The notes: a model not told the origin generated them from the sequence alone. A stretch of 64,000 nucleotides of DNA from Candidatus Hydrogenedentota bacterium (GCA_963745075.1 CAVUWV010000008.1:96001-160000); one strand, 5' to 3'; numbered from the stretch's first letter, positions 29,570 through 43,946 are shown. A program made the numbers and translations.

Positions 29570-31660
29570 GTGAGCGTGAACGTTTTGGCCACGATTCCGA
29601 AAGATGACGAGTCGCCTACCCTTCTTCTAACTGATCCCGTCACCGCCTTGCCCGGAGTTGGTGACAAACGGGCGGATCTCCTCCACAATCTCGACATCGT
29701 GACGGTTCGGGATCTGCTGTTTCTTTTTCCGCGGGACTATCAGGATCGGCGGACGATTGAGTCCATTGCCTCCATCGCCGAGGGCGACACGGTCACCATC
29801 GAGGCGGAGGTGGTGAAGGCGCGTCCGGTGCGGTTGCGGCGGCGGTTGTCGATGGCGGAGGTGACGTTGCGTGACGACTCCGGCGAGATTCGAGCCGTGT
29901 GGTTTGGGCAGGACTACCTCGTTCGGGTGTTGAAGCCGGGGGCGCGGGGATTCTTCACGGGAACGGCGGGGAAATGGAACGGCGTCGCACTGCGCAATCC
30001 GGAGTACGAACTGCAAACCGGCGACGAAGACGACTTGCTCAACTCCGGTTGCATCGTGCCGGTGTACCGGCTGACGGATGGCGTGAGCCAACGAATGCTG
30101 CGTCGACTCGTGCGCACCGCGTTGGACCTTGTGGAGCCGTTGCCGGATACGCTGCCGGCGCGGTTGCGTGAAACACACGCGTTTCCCCACGCGAACGATG
30201 CGATTCGTGCCGTTCATTTTCCCGACGAGATCGAAACCGGGCCCGCGGCGCGGAGCCGGTTCGCCTACGAGGAATTGCTCGGCATTCAGATTGGCGTACT
30301 GAGCGCGCGTACGAAACGGCATCAGGAGCAGAAGCGGAACCGCCACGTTGTCGATGGCGCACATCTGCGGGACCTGCGCGCGGCGTTGCCCTTCCCGTTG
30401 ACCAAAGGCCAGGAACGCGCGGTTGACGATATTCTCGACGACCTGGGGTCGCATCGTCCGATGGTGCGCTTATTGCAGGGCGACGTGGGTTGTGGCAAAA
30501 CCGTCGTTGCGCTGCACGCCATCGCAGCGGCGTGCGACGGCGGCTATCAGGCGGCGTTGATGGCGCCCACCGAGATCCTCGCGGAACAACATGGGATCAG
30601 TCTGCGCGAGTTGTTCGCGCCGTTGGGACTGGAAGTTGCCGTGTTGACCGGGTCGACCAACCACGCGAATGACGTGCGTGAACAGGTCGCGTCCGGCGCA
30701 TGTCATGTTGTCGTGGGCACGCATGCGCTCATTCAGGAAAAGACGCGATTTCACAACCTCGGTCTCGTGATCATCGACGAGCAGCACCGGTTCGGTGTTG
30801 TCCAGCGCAGCACGCTGGTGGAAAAGGGCTATGAGCCTGAATTGCTGCACATGACCGCGACGCCGATCCCCCGGACGTTGGCGATTACGGTGTACGGGGG
30901 CATGGATATATCCGTCATTGACGAGTTGCCGCCGGGCCGCACACCGGTCAAGACGCGGCGGATCACGCCGGCGAAAGTGCCCGATCTCTACAGCTACATC
31001 TCCAAACAGGCGGCGAAAGGGTTGCAGACGTACTACGTGTGCCCCCTCGTCGAAGAATCGGCGGCAAAGCAACTCACTGCGGTCACGAAACATTTCGAGG
31101 AACTGTCCGCCGGGCCGCTGGAAGGATTGCGGACGGGACTGATCCACGGGCGCATGGCGTCGCCGGAGAAGGATTACGTGATGCACCGGTTCAAACGCGG
31201 TGAGGTGGACGTCCTGTTTAGTACCACCGTAATCGAAGTGGGCATCGACTGTCCCAACGCCACGACCATGGTCATCGAAGACGCGGCGCAATTCGGTCTG
31301 ACGCAGTTGCACCAGTTGCGCGGGCGCGTGGGCCGGGGCGCGGCACAGTCGCATTGCTTCTTGCTCGGTAAACCCAAGACCAAAGACGGCAAGAAGCGTC
31401 TGGACGTTCTTTGCGCGTCGTCGAGCGGGTTCGACATTGCGGAAGCCGATCTCGAACTGCGCGGCCCCGGGGAATTCCAGGGGTTGCGGCAGGCGGGTCT
31501 AAGCGATCTGCGCGTGGCCGATTTGGTGCGGGACGTGCGTCTGCTGGATGCCGCCCGCCGCGACGCGCAAAGCATCCTGGAAGCGGACCCCGGGCTGACC
31601 CGGTCAGAGCACGTCGCCTTGGCCGAAACTGCGCGCAGCTTTGAATCCGTGTATACGTGA
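29570..31660 (+). CDS. recG: ATP-dependent DNA helicase RecG
   Basis: 'RLLQGDVGCGKT', 'MAPTEILAEQH', 'IIDEQHRFGV', 'MTATPIPRTL', 'QLHQLRGRVGRG', 'DLELRGPGE'. Confidence 0.96.
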   Translation: MSVNVLATIPKDDESPTLLLTDPVTALPGVGDKRADLLHNLDIVTVRDLLFLFPRDYQDRRTIESIASIAEGDTVTIEAEVVKARPVRLRRRLSMAEVTLRDDSGEIRAVWFGQDYLVRVLKPGARGFFTGTAGKWNGVALRNPEYELQTGDEDDLLNSGCIVPVYRLTDGVSQRMLRRLVRTALDLVEPLPDTLPARLRETHAFPHANDAIRAVHFPDEIETGPAARSRFAYEELLGIQIGVLSARTKRHQEQKRNRHVVDGAHLRDLRAALPFPLTKGQERAVDDILDDLGSHRPMVRLLQGDVGCGKTVVALHAIAAACDGGYQAALMAPTEILAEQHGISLRELFAPLGLEVAVLTGSTNHANDVREQVASGACHVVVGTHALIQEKTRFHNLGLVIIDEQHRFGVVQRSTLVEKGYEPELLHMTATPIPRTLAITVYGGMDISVIDELPPGRTPVKTRRITPAKVPDLYSYISKQAAKGLQTYYVCPLVEESAAKQLTAVTKHFEELSAGPLEGLRTGLIHGRMASPEKDYVMHRFKRGEVDVLFSTTVIEVGIDCPNATTMVIEDAAQFGLTQLHQLRGRVGRGAAQSHCFLLGKPKTKDGKKRLDVLCASSSGFDIAEADLELRGPGEFQGLRQAGLSDLRVADLVRDVRLLDAARRDAQSILEADPGLTRSEHVALAETARSFESVYT

Positions 31661-31932
31661 TCGGACAAATCCGAATGATTTGTGTGCACAATACGTACAC
31701 AATTGATTTCGCAGTCGAATCGGCATATTCAGGCGAAACTCCCTGTTACTGAGGCTTTTTCGCCGGAAGTGGTAACTGGTCGCGTCTGGTACGCCGGGCC
31801 GCCTCGGCCGAGGGCGTACCGATTGTGCGCACCTATTTGGCGATTCCTGCCTCCATGTCCCATACGTGCGCACAATGGCCCGTTTCTGTCCCCTGCGGCG
31901 GCGCGCCACCAATGAGGCGTCGAACCAACCTG

Positions 31933-31998
31933 TGGCACATCGCTCGCTCATAGCGGGGCGATCCGCCTTCTCGTACATGAATTGGCATCGTCTTTGCG
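31933..31998 (+). promoter_or_regulatory. Two sigma-54 (-24/-12) promoter motifs
   Basis: TGGCACATCGCTCGCT (GG 31934-35, GC 31946-47) and TGGCATCGTCTTTGCG (GG 31984-85, GC 31996-97); both exact GG-N10-GC. Confidence 0.6.
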
Positions 31999-32055
31999 TC
32001 TCTCCAGGGGTTCAAAGAGAAACGGTTAAAGGAGACACGTACGTCTTTCATCAGT

Positions 32056-32460
32056 ATGCCACCCTACTTCGCTACAGAGAAAGAGAGTGTACTGGTCATT
32101 TCGATGACCACGCGTGGCGTGGTAGCGCGTGCTGCGGTGAAATGCGGATACGCCGTCACGACCGTTCGCGACGTACCGGAGTCGGTTGACTGCCTGCGCA
32201 AACGCAAATATCGGGCCGTGCTCGTCGATTTGGACGCGTCGGACCTGGATCCGCTCGAACTCGTGCTGAACGTGCGCGATTTCGATGCCGCCGTTCCCAT
32301 CGTGGTGATGGCCTCGCTCTGGGACGCCGCAAACATAACGTCTCTGGGAACGCAACCCAGAACCATGCTGGTCGCCAAGTCCGACAACGTCGCGGACCTA
32401 TCGCGCGACCTCGCCCGCTTGCCGCTCCTGGAAGCTGCTACCGGGCAAGCCGCTCCATAG
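32056..32460 (+). CDS. Atypical stand-alone response regulator receiver protein
   Basis: 'GYAVTTV....E...L....YRAVLVDL......LELV..VR.....PIVVM' CheY-like pattern. Confidence 0.6.
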   Translation: MPPYFATEKESVLVISMTTRGVVARAAVKCGYAVTTVRDVPESVDCLRKRKYRAVLVDLDASDLDPLELVLNVRDFDAAVPIVVMASLWDAANITSLGTQPRTMLVAKSDNVADLSRDLARLPLLEAATGQAAP

Positions 32461-32508
32461 CGCCGCACGGAAGATTGGCGAAACAACTCAACGGAAGGAT
32501 TTTGACTT

Positions 32509-32645
32509 ATGGCTTTAGTTATCGAATGCCCGCACTGCCATGCGAAACTGAAAGCGCCAGACGACGCCCTTGGCAAACAGGGCAAATGCCCGGAATGCCA
32601 GGGCACCGTTCGCGTGCCGGCGAAACGTCCCTCGGAGACGCAATA

Positions 32646-32646
<1 letters not shown>
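32509..32646 (+). CDS. 45-aa zinc-ribbon (MJ0042-like) small protein, absent from ORF track
   Basis: MALVIECPHCHAKLKAPDDALGKQGKCPECQGTVRVPAKRPSETQ*; GAAGGA RBS; stop overlaps the ectA GTG. Confidence 0.75.
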
Positions 32647-34557
<1,911 letters not shown>

Positions 34558-34558
34558 C

Positions 34559-34990
34559 ATGATCGTTCGAACAGTCAGCGATTTGCAGGGCACGGACCGC
34601 GAGGTCCATGCGCCGACCTGGGTGAGCCGCCGATTCCTTCTCCGGAAAGACGGCATGGGGTTCTCCTTTCACGAAACCATTATTTATGCCGGGACGGAAA
34701 CCTACATGTGGTACCGGAATCATCTGGAGTCGGTGTACTGCGTGGAGGGCGAAGGCGAAATCGAGGAGGTTGCGAACGGCACGAGACACGCGATCGCGCC
34801 CGGTACGATGTACGCCCTCGATCGGCACGATAAGCATATTCTGCGCGCCAAGACCGATCTGCGTCTTATGTGCGTGTTCAATCCGCCGTGCACAGGCAAA
34901 GAGGTACACGACGAAGAAGGAGTGTATCCGTTGATTCAGGAAGACGAGGAAGAGCTGGCCGTGGAATCCATCGCGGCCGCGGAGCGCTAA
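34559..34990 (+). CDS. ectC: Ectoine synthase
   Basis: 'MIVR', '[18 protein letters not shown]', '[11 protein letters not shown]', 'YALDRHDKH', 'CVFNPP..G.EVHD'. Confidence 0.96.
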   Translation: MIVRTVSDLQGTDREVHAPTWVSRRFLLRKDGMGFSFHETIIYAGTETYMWYRNHLESVYCVEGEGEIEEVANGTRHAIAPGTMYALDRHDKHILRAKTDLRLMCVFNPPCTGKEVHDEEGVYPLIQEDEEELAVESIAAAER

Positions 34991-35003
34991 AACGATCTAG
35001 AGG

Positions 35004-35945
35004 ATGGGAGCCATGCAAGACCTATATCCAACCCGATCGACCGATGGATTCTCGCTCATGGAGCGGCAGGATCCGGTTGTATACAGTCACAACGGCGGCG
35101 CGGTGGGTCCGCTCACGCGCGCGCAACTCGAACAGTACGACCGCGACGGATTTTTGTTTTTGGAGAATTTCTTCGCGCCGGACGAAGTCGAGGCCATGCA
35201 GAAGGAGTTGCACGCCCTGCGTCGGTCCGATGACGTGGCCGAGAAAGGCTGCGCGATCATCGAGCCCACGAGCGCGGAGGTGCGCTCCGTGTTCGACGTG
35301 ACGCGCTTGAGCCACTTGTTTTGGATGCTGTCACGGGACAGCCGTCTCGTGGACATGATCCGGCAGTTGCTGGACGACGATCTCTACATCCACCAGTCCC
35401 GCATCAATTACAAGCCGGGGTTTCAAGGCAAAGAATTTTATTGGCACTCCGATTTTGAAACGTGGCACGCGGAAGACGGGATGCCGCGGATGCGCGCCGT
35501 GAGTTGTTCGATCGCGTTGACGGAGAACAACGAGCACAACGGCCCCTTGATGGTGATTCCGGGATCGCACAAGCACTTCGTGTCCTGTGGGGGAAAGACG
35601 CCGAAGGATCACTACAAGGACTCGCTGCGGAAGCAAGAGTACGGTGTGCCGGACAACACGAGCCTTCAGACCTTGGCCGACCGCGGCGGCATTGTGGCTC
35701 CGAAGGGCCCGGCGGGGTCGCTGCTGTTGTTCGAGTGCAACACCATGCACGGGTCGAACAGCAACATCTCGCCGCACCCCCGGAGCAATGTGTTTCTCGT
35801 GTACAACGCCGTTACCAACGCGTTGGTGGATCCGTTCCAGGCGGACCAGCCGCGTCCGGAGTTTGTGGCGTCCCACGACTTCTCGCCCATCACGCCGGTC
35901 GACAGCGGATCGGTGGTAGCGAACATGGAGGCCATCCAGGCCTGA
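35004..35945 (+). CDS. ectD: Ectoine hydroxylase
   Basis: Signature FYWHSDFETWHAEDGMP; 'QSRINYKPGF', 'MHGSNSNISP.PRSN'. Confidence 0.96.
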   Translation: MGAMQDLYPTRSTDGFSLMERQDPVVYSHNGGAVGPLTRAQLEQYDRDGFLFLENFFAPDEVEAMQKELHALRRSDDVAEKGCAIIEPTSAEVRSVFDVTRLSHLFWMLSRDSRLVDMIRQLLDDDLYIHQSRINYKPGFQGKEFYWHSDFETWHAEDGMPRMRAVSCSIALTENNEHNGPLMVIPGSHKHFVSCGGKTPKDHYKDSLRKQEYGVPDNTSLQTLADRGGIVAPKGPAGSLLLFECNTMHGSNSNISPHPRSNVFLVYNAVTNALVDPFQADQPRPEFVASHDFSPITPVDSGSVVANMEAIQA

Positions 35946-35978
35946 GCCAAGGGGCGACGCGCCCCGGAGATTCGAACG

Positions 35979-36890
35979 ATGAAACAACGCATAATCCGGC
36001 GGCTGTCGCGTGCGGCGGCCGCCTGTTTTTTGATTGGCGCTCTGGTGTCGGCTTGCGGCGGTCCGGGCGGCGGTTCCGCAGGGCCGGCCAACGAGTCCAC
36101 GCTGGACCGCATCAAGCGCACGGGCACGATCCGCGTCGGGTATGCCAACGAAGCGCCTTACGCGTACATCGATGGGGCCACCGGGGAATTGACGGGCGAA
36201 GCGCCGGAGATTCTTCGGGTAGTCATGGATCGGATGGGCGTGGACAAGGTGGAAGGCGTGCTTACCGAATTCGGGTCGTTGATACCGGGTCTGAAAGCGA
36301 AACGCTTCGACGCGATCGCGGCCGGCATGTACATTACGCCAGAGCGCTGCCAACAGATCGATTTTTCGAATCCGGATTACACCATCGGAGAAGCGTTCAT
36401 CGTGAAAAAGGGCAATCCCCTGGACTTGCACAGCTACGACGACATCGCCAAGCACCCGTCGGCCAAACTGGGCGTGGTCGCGGGCACGGTGGAGCGGGGC
36501 TACGCGCGGGGTACGGGGATTGCGGACGACCGGGTCATCGTGTTTCCCGATCCACCCAGCGCGCTCGCGGGTGTCGTGGCCGGCCGGGTCGACGCGTACG
36601 CGGGAACGAGCCTGACCATTCAGGATCTTATGAATAAATCCAGCAACGATGATTTGGAACGCGCGGACCCCTTTACGGATCCCACGATCGACGGGAAGAC
36701 CGTGCGCGGTTACGGGGCGTTCGGGTTTCGCAAGGGCGACGACACTTTTCGCGAGGCGTTTAATGATGAACTCGCGAAGTTCATCGGGACGCCGGAACAT
36801 CTGAAGCTCGTGAAGCCCTTCGGGTTCACGGAAAACGAACTGCCGGGTGGCAAAACGGCAGCAGAACTCTGCGGCGGGGCGGATTCGTGA
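35979..36890 (+). CDS. ehuB: Ectoine/hydroxyectoine ABC transporter substrate-binding lipoprotein
   Basis: Lipobox 'VSAC', 'GYANEAPYAY', 'EFGSLIPGL', 'AGMYITPERC', 'YGAFGFRK'. Confidence 0.9.
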   Translation: MKQRIIRRLSRAAAACFLIGALVSACGGPGGGSAGPANESTLDRIKRTGTIRVGYANEAPYAYIDGATGELTGEAPEILRVVMDRMGVDKVEGVLTEFGSLIPGLKAKRFDAIAAGMYITPERCQQIDFSNPDYTIGEAFIVKKGNPLDLHSYDDIAKHPSAKLGVVAGTVERGYARGTGIADDRVIVFPDPPSALAGVVAGRVDAYAGTSLTIQDLMNKSSNDDLERADPFTDPTIDGKTVRGYGAFGFRKGDDTFREAFNDELAKFIGTPEHLKLVKPFGFTENELPGGKTAAELCGGADS

Positions 36891-36901
36891 TGTATTCAGC
36901 C

Positions 36902-37053
36902 GTCATCCTGAGCGTCAGCGAAGGATCTCATCACATTTGCGCATCCCGCTTCGATCCCGATCCCGATTTCGAGAGTAATGCAGGTCGCAACCATACTCGA
37001 CTGTTCTCGCCGCCAACAACTCCGCCCGCAGCGTGGTCCGCGCTCAGGATGAT
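36902..37053. repeat. REP-like element family B between ehuB and ehuC
   Basis: gtcatcctgagcgtcagcgaaggatctc ... cgctcaggatga; internal gatccc short repeats. Confidence 0.65.
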
Positions 37054-37110
37054 GTGCGCAGATATTCGCTGGAACAGTTTCGCAGCGTTAGCGATCCGGA
37101 GGATGTAGCC

Positions 37111-37773
37111 ATGCCTCCACCCCTGGACTTGCTGCCAGCCCTGTTGGGTGGGCTCTGGGTGACCCTCGGGCTGACCGCGGGCGGCGCGTGCGTGGCCTTT
37201 GTCGCGGCGTGGCTGTCTGGATTGGGGCGACTAAGCCACGTGCTCCCAATCCGGTGGTTGTCCATTGCATATATCGAGACGTTTCGGGGGACGTCGGCCC
37301 TGGTTCAGTTGTATTGGTTCTACTTCGCGCTGCCGCTGATCGGCGTCAGCCTGTCCGCGATGACGACGGGCATCCTGGTGCTCGGGCTCAACATCGGCAG
37401 TTACGGAGGCGAAGTGGTGCGCGGTGCGATCCAGGCGGTGCCCAAGGGGCAGCATGAGGCGTCGACGGCGTTGAATATGTCGCCGCTGCAAGGGCTTTGG
37501 CTGGTGACCGTGCCGCAAGCGGCCATCGCCATGCTGCCGCCGGCGGGCAACTTGTTGATCGAGTTGTTGAAGAGCACGGCGCTGGTGTCGCTGATCACGC
37601 TGAGCGATTTGACGTTTCGCGGACAACTTCTTCGCGCGGAAACGTTACGCACGACGGAAGTCTTCGGCCTGTTGCTCGCGATTTATTTTGCGATTGCGCT
37701 CGTGTTTACGTTTTTCGTGCGTTTGCTGGAGCGACGGCTCACGCGGGGACGGCAGTTGGAGGTGTCCCATTGA
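37111..37773 (+). CDS. ehuC: Ectoine ABC transporter permease
   Basis: 'YIETFRGTSALVQLYWFYFALP', 'LGLNIGSYGGEVVRGAI', 'GNLLIELLKST'. Confidence 0.9.
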   Translation: MPPPLDLLPALLGGLWVTLGLTAGGACVAFVAAWLSGLGRLSHVLPIRWLSIAYIETFRGTSALVQLYWFYFALPLIGVSLSAMTTGILVLGLNIGSYGGEVVRGAIQAVPKGQHEASTALNMSPLQGLWLVTVPQAAIAMLPPAGNLLIELLKSTALVSLITLSDLTFRGQLLRAETLRTTEVFGLLLAIYFAIALVFTFFVRLLERRLTRGRQLEVSH

Positions 37774-38435
37774 ATTTTGATTGGCATTTTACGTGGGAGA
37801 TTATGCCCGATTTGTTGCGGGGCCTTGTCGTGACGGTGGAAGCCACGGTGATAGGCACGTTTCTCGCTGCGCTGCTGGGTCTGGTGTGGGCCATGGCGAG
37901 ACGGAGCAAACGGCGCGCAATCACGTGGCCCGTCGGTACTCTTGTTGAATTCATTCGCAGCACACCGGTGCTGGTGCAGATCTACTTTCTTTTTTACGTG
38001 CTGCCGGGTTTCGGCGTCAGCATGACGCCATTGATGACGGGCATTATCGCGCTCGGGATTCACTACAGTTGTTACATGTCCGAAGTGTATCGCGCGGGGA
38101 TCGAAGGCGTGCAGCGGGGCCAGTGGGAAGCGGCGACCGCACTGAACCTCAGCCGGAAACAAACGTGGCTCAAGGTCATTCTGCCGCAGGCGATACCGCC
38201 GGTCGTGCCGGCCCTTGGGAACTACTTCGTGGCCATGTTCAAAGATACACCGATGCTTTCCGCCATTACTGTGCTTGAATTGTTGCAGTCCGCAAAGATC
38301 GTGGGATCCGAAACGTTCCGTTATCTCGAGCCCTTGACGCTGGCGGGGATCTTCTTCCTGGTTTGCAGTTTGGCGGCGGCGGCGCTCATTCGCTGGACGG
38401 AACGGAAACTGCACGTACAAGGAGCGCGCACGTGA
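37770..38435 (+). CDS. ehuD: Ectoine ABC transporter permease
   Basis: TTG start overlapping ehuC stop; 'FDW.F', 'EFIRSTP', '[16 protein letters not shown]', 'MFKDTP'. Confidence 0.9.
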   Translation: MNFDWHFTWEIMPDLLRGLVVTVEATVIGTFLAALLGLVWAMARRSKRRAITWPVGTLVEFIRSTPVLVQIYFLFYVLPGFGVSMTPLMTGIIALGIHYSCYMSEVYRAGIEGVQRGQWEAATALNLSRKQTWLKVILPQAIPPVVPALGNYFVAMFKDTPMLSAITVLELLQSAKIVGSETFRYLEPLTLAGIFFLVCSLAAAALIRWTERKLHVQGART

Positions 38436-39208
38436 GCGAACAACCCATCGTACGGCTCAACGATATCGTGAAGTCCTACGGCGACGTGCACGTACTCCGC
38501 AGGCTTAACCTCGACGTTGCGCCGAAAGAGAAGGTGTCCATTATCGGACCCAGTGGCTCGGGCAAGTCGACCTTGCTGCGGCTCCTGATGACGCTGGAGA
38601 AGCCGACCTCGGGCGAGATCGAGATCGACGGGGATTCCTTGTGGCACATGCAACGGAACGGGAGCACGGTGCCCGCGAATCGGAAGCACGTGCGCGCGGT
38701 GCGGGGCAAAGTAGGCATGGTGTTCCAGCATTTCAATTTGTTCCCGCACATGACCGTTTTTCACAACGTGACCGTCGCGCCGCGGCATGTATTGAAAGTG
38801 CCCAAAGCGGAGGCCGAACGGCACGCGCGCGAGTTGCTCGACAAGGTCGGTCTGGCGGACAAGGTCGACACGTACCCTGGGCAACTTTCCGGCGGGCAAA
38901 AGCAACGGGTGGCGATCGCGCGCGCGCTCGCGTTGCAGCCGAAAGTGATGTTGTTCGATGAGGTGACGTCGGCCCTCGATCCGGAACTTGTGGGCGAGGT
39001 GTTGACGGTGCTGCGGGACTTGGCGCATCAGGACGACACGACGATGATCCTGGTCACGCATGAGATGCGGTTCGCGCAGGAGATTTCCGACCGCGTGGTG
39101 TTCATCGACCACGGCAACATCGTGGAAGAGGGCAGCCCCGACCGCATCTTCACCGAGCCCGCCGAGGACCGCACGCGCGAGTTCTTACGGGCTGTTCTTG
39201 AAGCATAA
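38432..39208 (+). CDS. ehuA: Ectoine ABC transporter ATP-binding protein
   Basis: '[18 protein letters not shown]', 'LSGGQKQR', '[13 protein letters not shown]'. Confidence 0.92.
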   Translation: MSEQPIVRLNDIVKSYGDVHVLRRLNLDVAPKEKVSIIGPSGSGKSTLLRLLMTLEKPTSGEIEIDGDSLWHMQRNGSTVPANRKHVRAVRGKVGMVFQHFNLFPHMTVFHNVTVAPRHVLKVPKAEAERHARELLDKVGLADKVDTYPGQLSGGQKQRVAIARALALQPKVMLFDEVTSALDPELVGEVLTVLRDLAHQDDTTMILVTHEMRFAQEISDRVVFIDHGNIVEEGSPDRIFTEPAEDRTREFLRAVLEA

Positions 39209-39236
39209 AGAGCAAAAGCTTTAGCAACGAAATCTA

Positions 39237-39398
39237 AATATCCCCCTTGACCCCTCTCAAAGGGGGAGTTATCCGCAACGCTTCGCGTTGCGTTCTGGTT
39301 TGGCAGAGACCACGACGCCACGGGTGCGACAATGCCTTTCCCCATCGACGGCGCTGGATACGATTTGCCCTTTGGAGGGGATCAAGGGGGATTGTTCT
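39237..39398 (+). repeat. REPIN/MITE-like element, family A copy 2
   Basis: atcccccttgacccctctcaaaggggga-cgcaacgcttcgcgttgcg ... ccctttggaggggatcaagggggat. Confidence 0.8.
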
Positions 39399-39493
39399 TA
39401 CGAACCGCAATGCCGGGCGCGAAGGCGTTGCGACGGGATATTTGAAGGCTTGCCCGGTTTCAGGGCGCATCGGAATGCAGGGAGGAACGCGCT

Positions 39494-40237
39494 ATGAGTG
39501 AACTTCTGAAAGAACATTACACACGGCTTGCCGATAAGTACGATGACTTCTTGTACTATTCGCCGAAGTTTGTGCGGACGTTGACGACGAAGATGGTCGA
39601 CAAGCTGCAACTCGAACCCGACGACGTGTTGCTCGACCTCGCCTGTGGGACGGGCATGTATTCAGTGGATATCTTGAAGCAGGTGCCGCTGAAACATCCA
39701 GTGCAGGCGGTGGACCCGTTCGCAGAGATGCTGGCCGCCATTCCCGAGGACTGCGGGCTCGCGCCGATCTGTATGGATGCGCTCGCGTATTGCGCCAATC
39801 ACAATGGATATACGAAGGCGTTCATGAAGGAAGCGGTGCATCACGTCGACGACAAGGCGCGACTGTTCGCGGACGTATACGCCAACCTGCCCAAAGGCGG
39901 GGCGTTTTTACTCGTTCACGTGCCGCCCACGATTCAGTATCCGCTTTTCGACGCGGCCCTGAAACGCGCTCTCGACTGGCATGCCTGCCCGAACGAACTG
40001 CAGGACCTCCTGCACGACGCGGGGTTCGAGGTCGAACGGGACGGGCTGGACTATCCCCACTCCATTCCGAAGATCAAATACTTCGCCATGGTGGAATCCT
40101 GCTACATGACGCTTCTGTCGTCGTTCTCCGACGACGAACTCGCCGCGGGCCTGGAAGAAATGGAAGCGCGGTACGACGGCACGGAAACGCTGGAGTTTGT
40201 CGACCACTTCGATTACATCACTGCACGGAAGCGGTAG
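39494..40237 (+). CDS. Class I SAM-dependent methyltransferase
   Basis: 'LLDLACGTG', 'VDP..EML', 'KEAVHHV'; GGAGG RBS. Confidence 0.85.
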   Translation: MSELLKEHYTRLADKYDDFLYYSPKFVRTLTTKMVDKLQLEPDDVLLDLACGTGMYSVDILKQVPLKHPVQAVDPFAEMLAAIPEDCGLAPICMDALAYCANHNGYTKAFMKEAVHHVDDKARLFADVYANLPKGGAFLLVHVPPTIQYPLFDAALKRALDWHACPNELQDLLHDAGFEVERDGLDYPHSIPKIKYFAMVESCYMTLLSSFSDDELAAGLEEMEARYDGTETLEFVDHFDYITARKR

Positions 40238-40445
40238 ACGATCCGAATCGGTCAGTCCGCTTCAGCGAAATCGACACGTTGACGGCTCGCCATTGGGGCT
40301 GTCGCGGAATCGTAAAAATCAACGCGGCTGGAAGCCGCGTCTACTCTTCGGGTCCATTTCGTTTGGAGGTGCGCGTTGGTGGTAGTATTCGCTGAACGGC
40401 AGAATCGATCGTAGCGGTCCCTGAGCGTAATGAGGAGAACATCAC

Positions 40446-40853
40446 ATGAGTATTTCATTTGACCGTCATTCCACCGTACTTCATGGCGTCACCGTGGCAT
40501 TCGCGGCGGATTCGGGCGGAGCATCGGGTAGTGGAAGTTCGGATACCGTTTTCGTTGTAGCCGAGATTGAAGTGAGGCCGGGCACGCGCGGGGAATTTGC
40601 CGAAATTTTCAAGAACAACGTGCCGAACGTGCATGCAGAAGACGGTTGCATCATGTACGAGCCCGTCGTCGACCGGGATACGGTCGTCGGCGCGCAGGCG
40701 CCGTTGCGGGACAACGTCATGACGGTGATGGAGAAATGGGCCAGTCTCGACGCCCTAAAAGCGCATATGCAAGCGCCGCACATGAACGCGTACAACGAAC
40801 AGGTCAAAGACCTGGTGACGGGGGTGACGATTCGGGTGATGCAGTCGGCGTGA
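40446..40853 (+). CDS. Antibiotic biosynthesis monooxygenase (ABM) family protein
   Basis: 'VVAEIEVRPG', 'AEDGCIMY', 'EKWASLDALKAHMQAPHM'. Confidence 0.85.
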   Translation: MSISFDRHSTVLHGVTVAFAADSGGASGSGSSDTVFVVAEIEVRPGTRGEFAEIFKNNVPNVHAEDGCIMYEPVVDRDTVVGAQAPLRDNVMTVMEKWASLDALKAHMQAPHMNAYNEQVKDLVTGVTIRVMQSA

Positions 40854-41337
40854 GGGGAAGTATGAATTACGAATTGAGCGTTAGCTCCGGAATTCTCACA
40901 CGCACCAAACGTCGAATCTGTGACCCCAAACCGCCCTGGAGTTTCGCGTGCCGACCCGCGCTACTTGAGGTCGATAGCTTCGGCGCAGATGCGGTGGGCT
41001 TCTTCCGGCGCGGACCTACACGGACAGACACGGACGGTCGCGGGCTTGAGGGCTGGGGCTCTCGGCCTGGCGCGTGATTCGGGGGCTGGGGGGCACGACT
41101 TCAGTGGATGGGCGCTGTCGGCGGGTGCGGGGGCTTTTGGCGGCGTGGGCGGTCGGATTTTACGTTGCTTGGGGGGCGTTTTTTGCGTCTGAAACGGGGG
41201 AATGGTATGCTTTGACGGCATTTTACCCGCCTGGTTCCAGTCTGCTTTCCCTGTGCAAGCACTGCGGTTGGGCGGTATGACGCGTTGCACGGTTGTCGGC
41301 GCGTGCCGGGACCACGCTGCGGGCGTGGGAGTTGCCA

Positions 41338-42048
41338 GTGTCGCAAGAGCGTTCGGAAGCCATTGTGATTCGGGCCGTGGACTTCAGCGAGACGAGCCGG
41401 ATCGTGACGTTCCTGAGTCCCGACCGGGGCAAATTGGCCTGTATGGCGGCCGGTGTGCGGCGTCCCAAGAGCCAATTGGCGGGTATGCTGGACACCTTCA
41501 ACCGGCTGGAAGTGGTCTATTACTGGAAAGACGGCCGGAGCGTGCAGAAGCTGGGCGAGGCGACGCTGCTCGACGGGTTCAGCGCTTTGAAGGCGGACCT
41601 GGAAAAGGGCGCGTACGCGGCGTTCCCCCTGGAATTCGCGTATAAGGCGGCCCAGGAGAACGAGCCGTCCGGGGAGTTGTACGAGACACTGCTTTCCGGG
41701 TTGGAAGGCATGCGGGCGTGGCCGGGTCCGGCTCGGGTTCATGCCGCGTGGCAGGTCGTCCAGTTGTTGCGCGTGGCCGGGTTCGATCCGGATCTGAACG
41801 GCGACACAGACGGCAAACGCAGCGTCGGTTTTTCCTTCGATGGCGGCGTGGTGTCGTCCGGTGAACGGGCGGACCGGTCGCTTCGTGTGGAAGACCTGGA
41901 CCGGTTGCGGCTTCTGGCCGCTGCCCGCGACCGGTGCCCGGAGGTAGACGACTCGCCGGAGGTTTTCGAGGCCGTGTGCGGCTATGTAACCCGGCAACTG
42001 GAGAGTGAATTTCGCAGTCTGCGCGTGATCGCGCAGTTGTTTCCGTAA
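41338..42048 (+). CDS. recO: DNA repair protein RecO
   Basis: 'EAIVIRAVDFSETSRIVTFLS..RGK...A.GVRRPKS'. Confidence 0.85.
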   Translation: MSQERSEAIVIRAVDFSETSRIVTFLSPDRGKLACMAAGVRRPKSQLAGMLDTFNRLEVVYYWKDGRSVQKLGEATLLDGFSALKADLEKGAYAAFPLEFAYKAAQENEPSGELYETLLSGLEGMRAWPGPARVHAAWQVVQLLRVAGFDPDLNGDTDGKRSVGFSFDGGVVSSGERADRSLRVEDLDRLRLLAAARDRCPEVDDSPEVFEAVCGYVTRQLESEFRSLRVIAQLFP

Positions 42049-42081
42049 ACGCATCGCGCAGGACTGAGTATCGATATACCC

Positions 42082-43900
<1,819 letters not shown>

Positions 43901-43946
43901 CTGCGTGTCAACGCGATGGTCAGCCGTACTGTTTTGAAGAATTGCA

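Noticed and set aside
32475..32645. Long N-terminal extension of EctA as given in the ORF track
   Set aside because: The region is better explained by the zinc-ribbon ORF in another frame; EctA similarity begins after 32646
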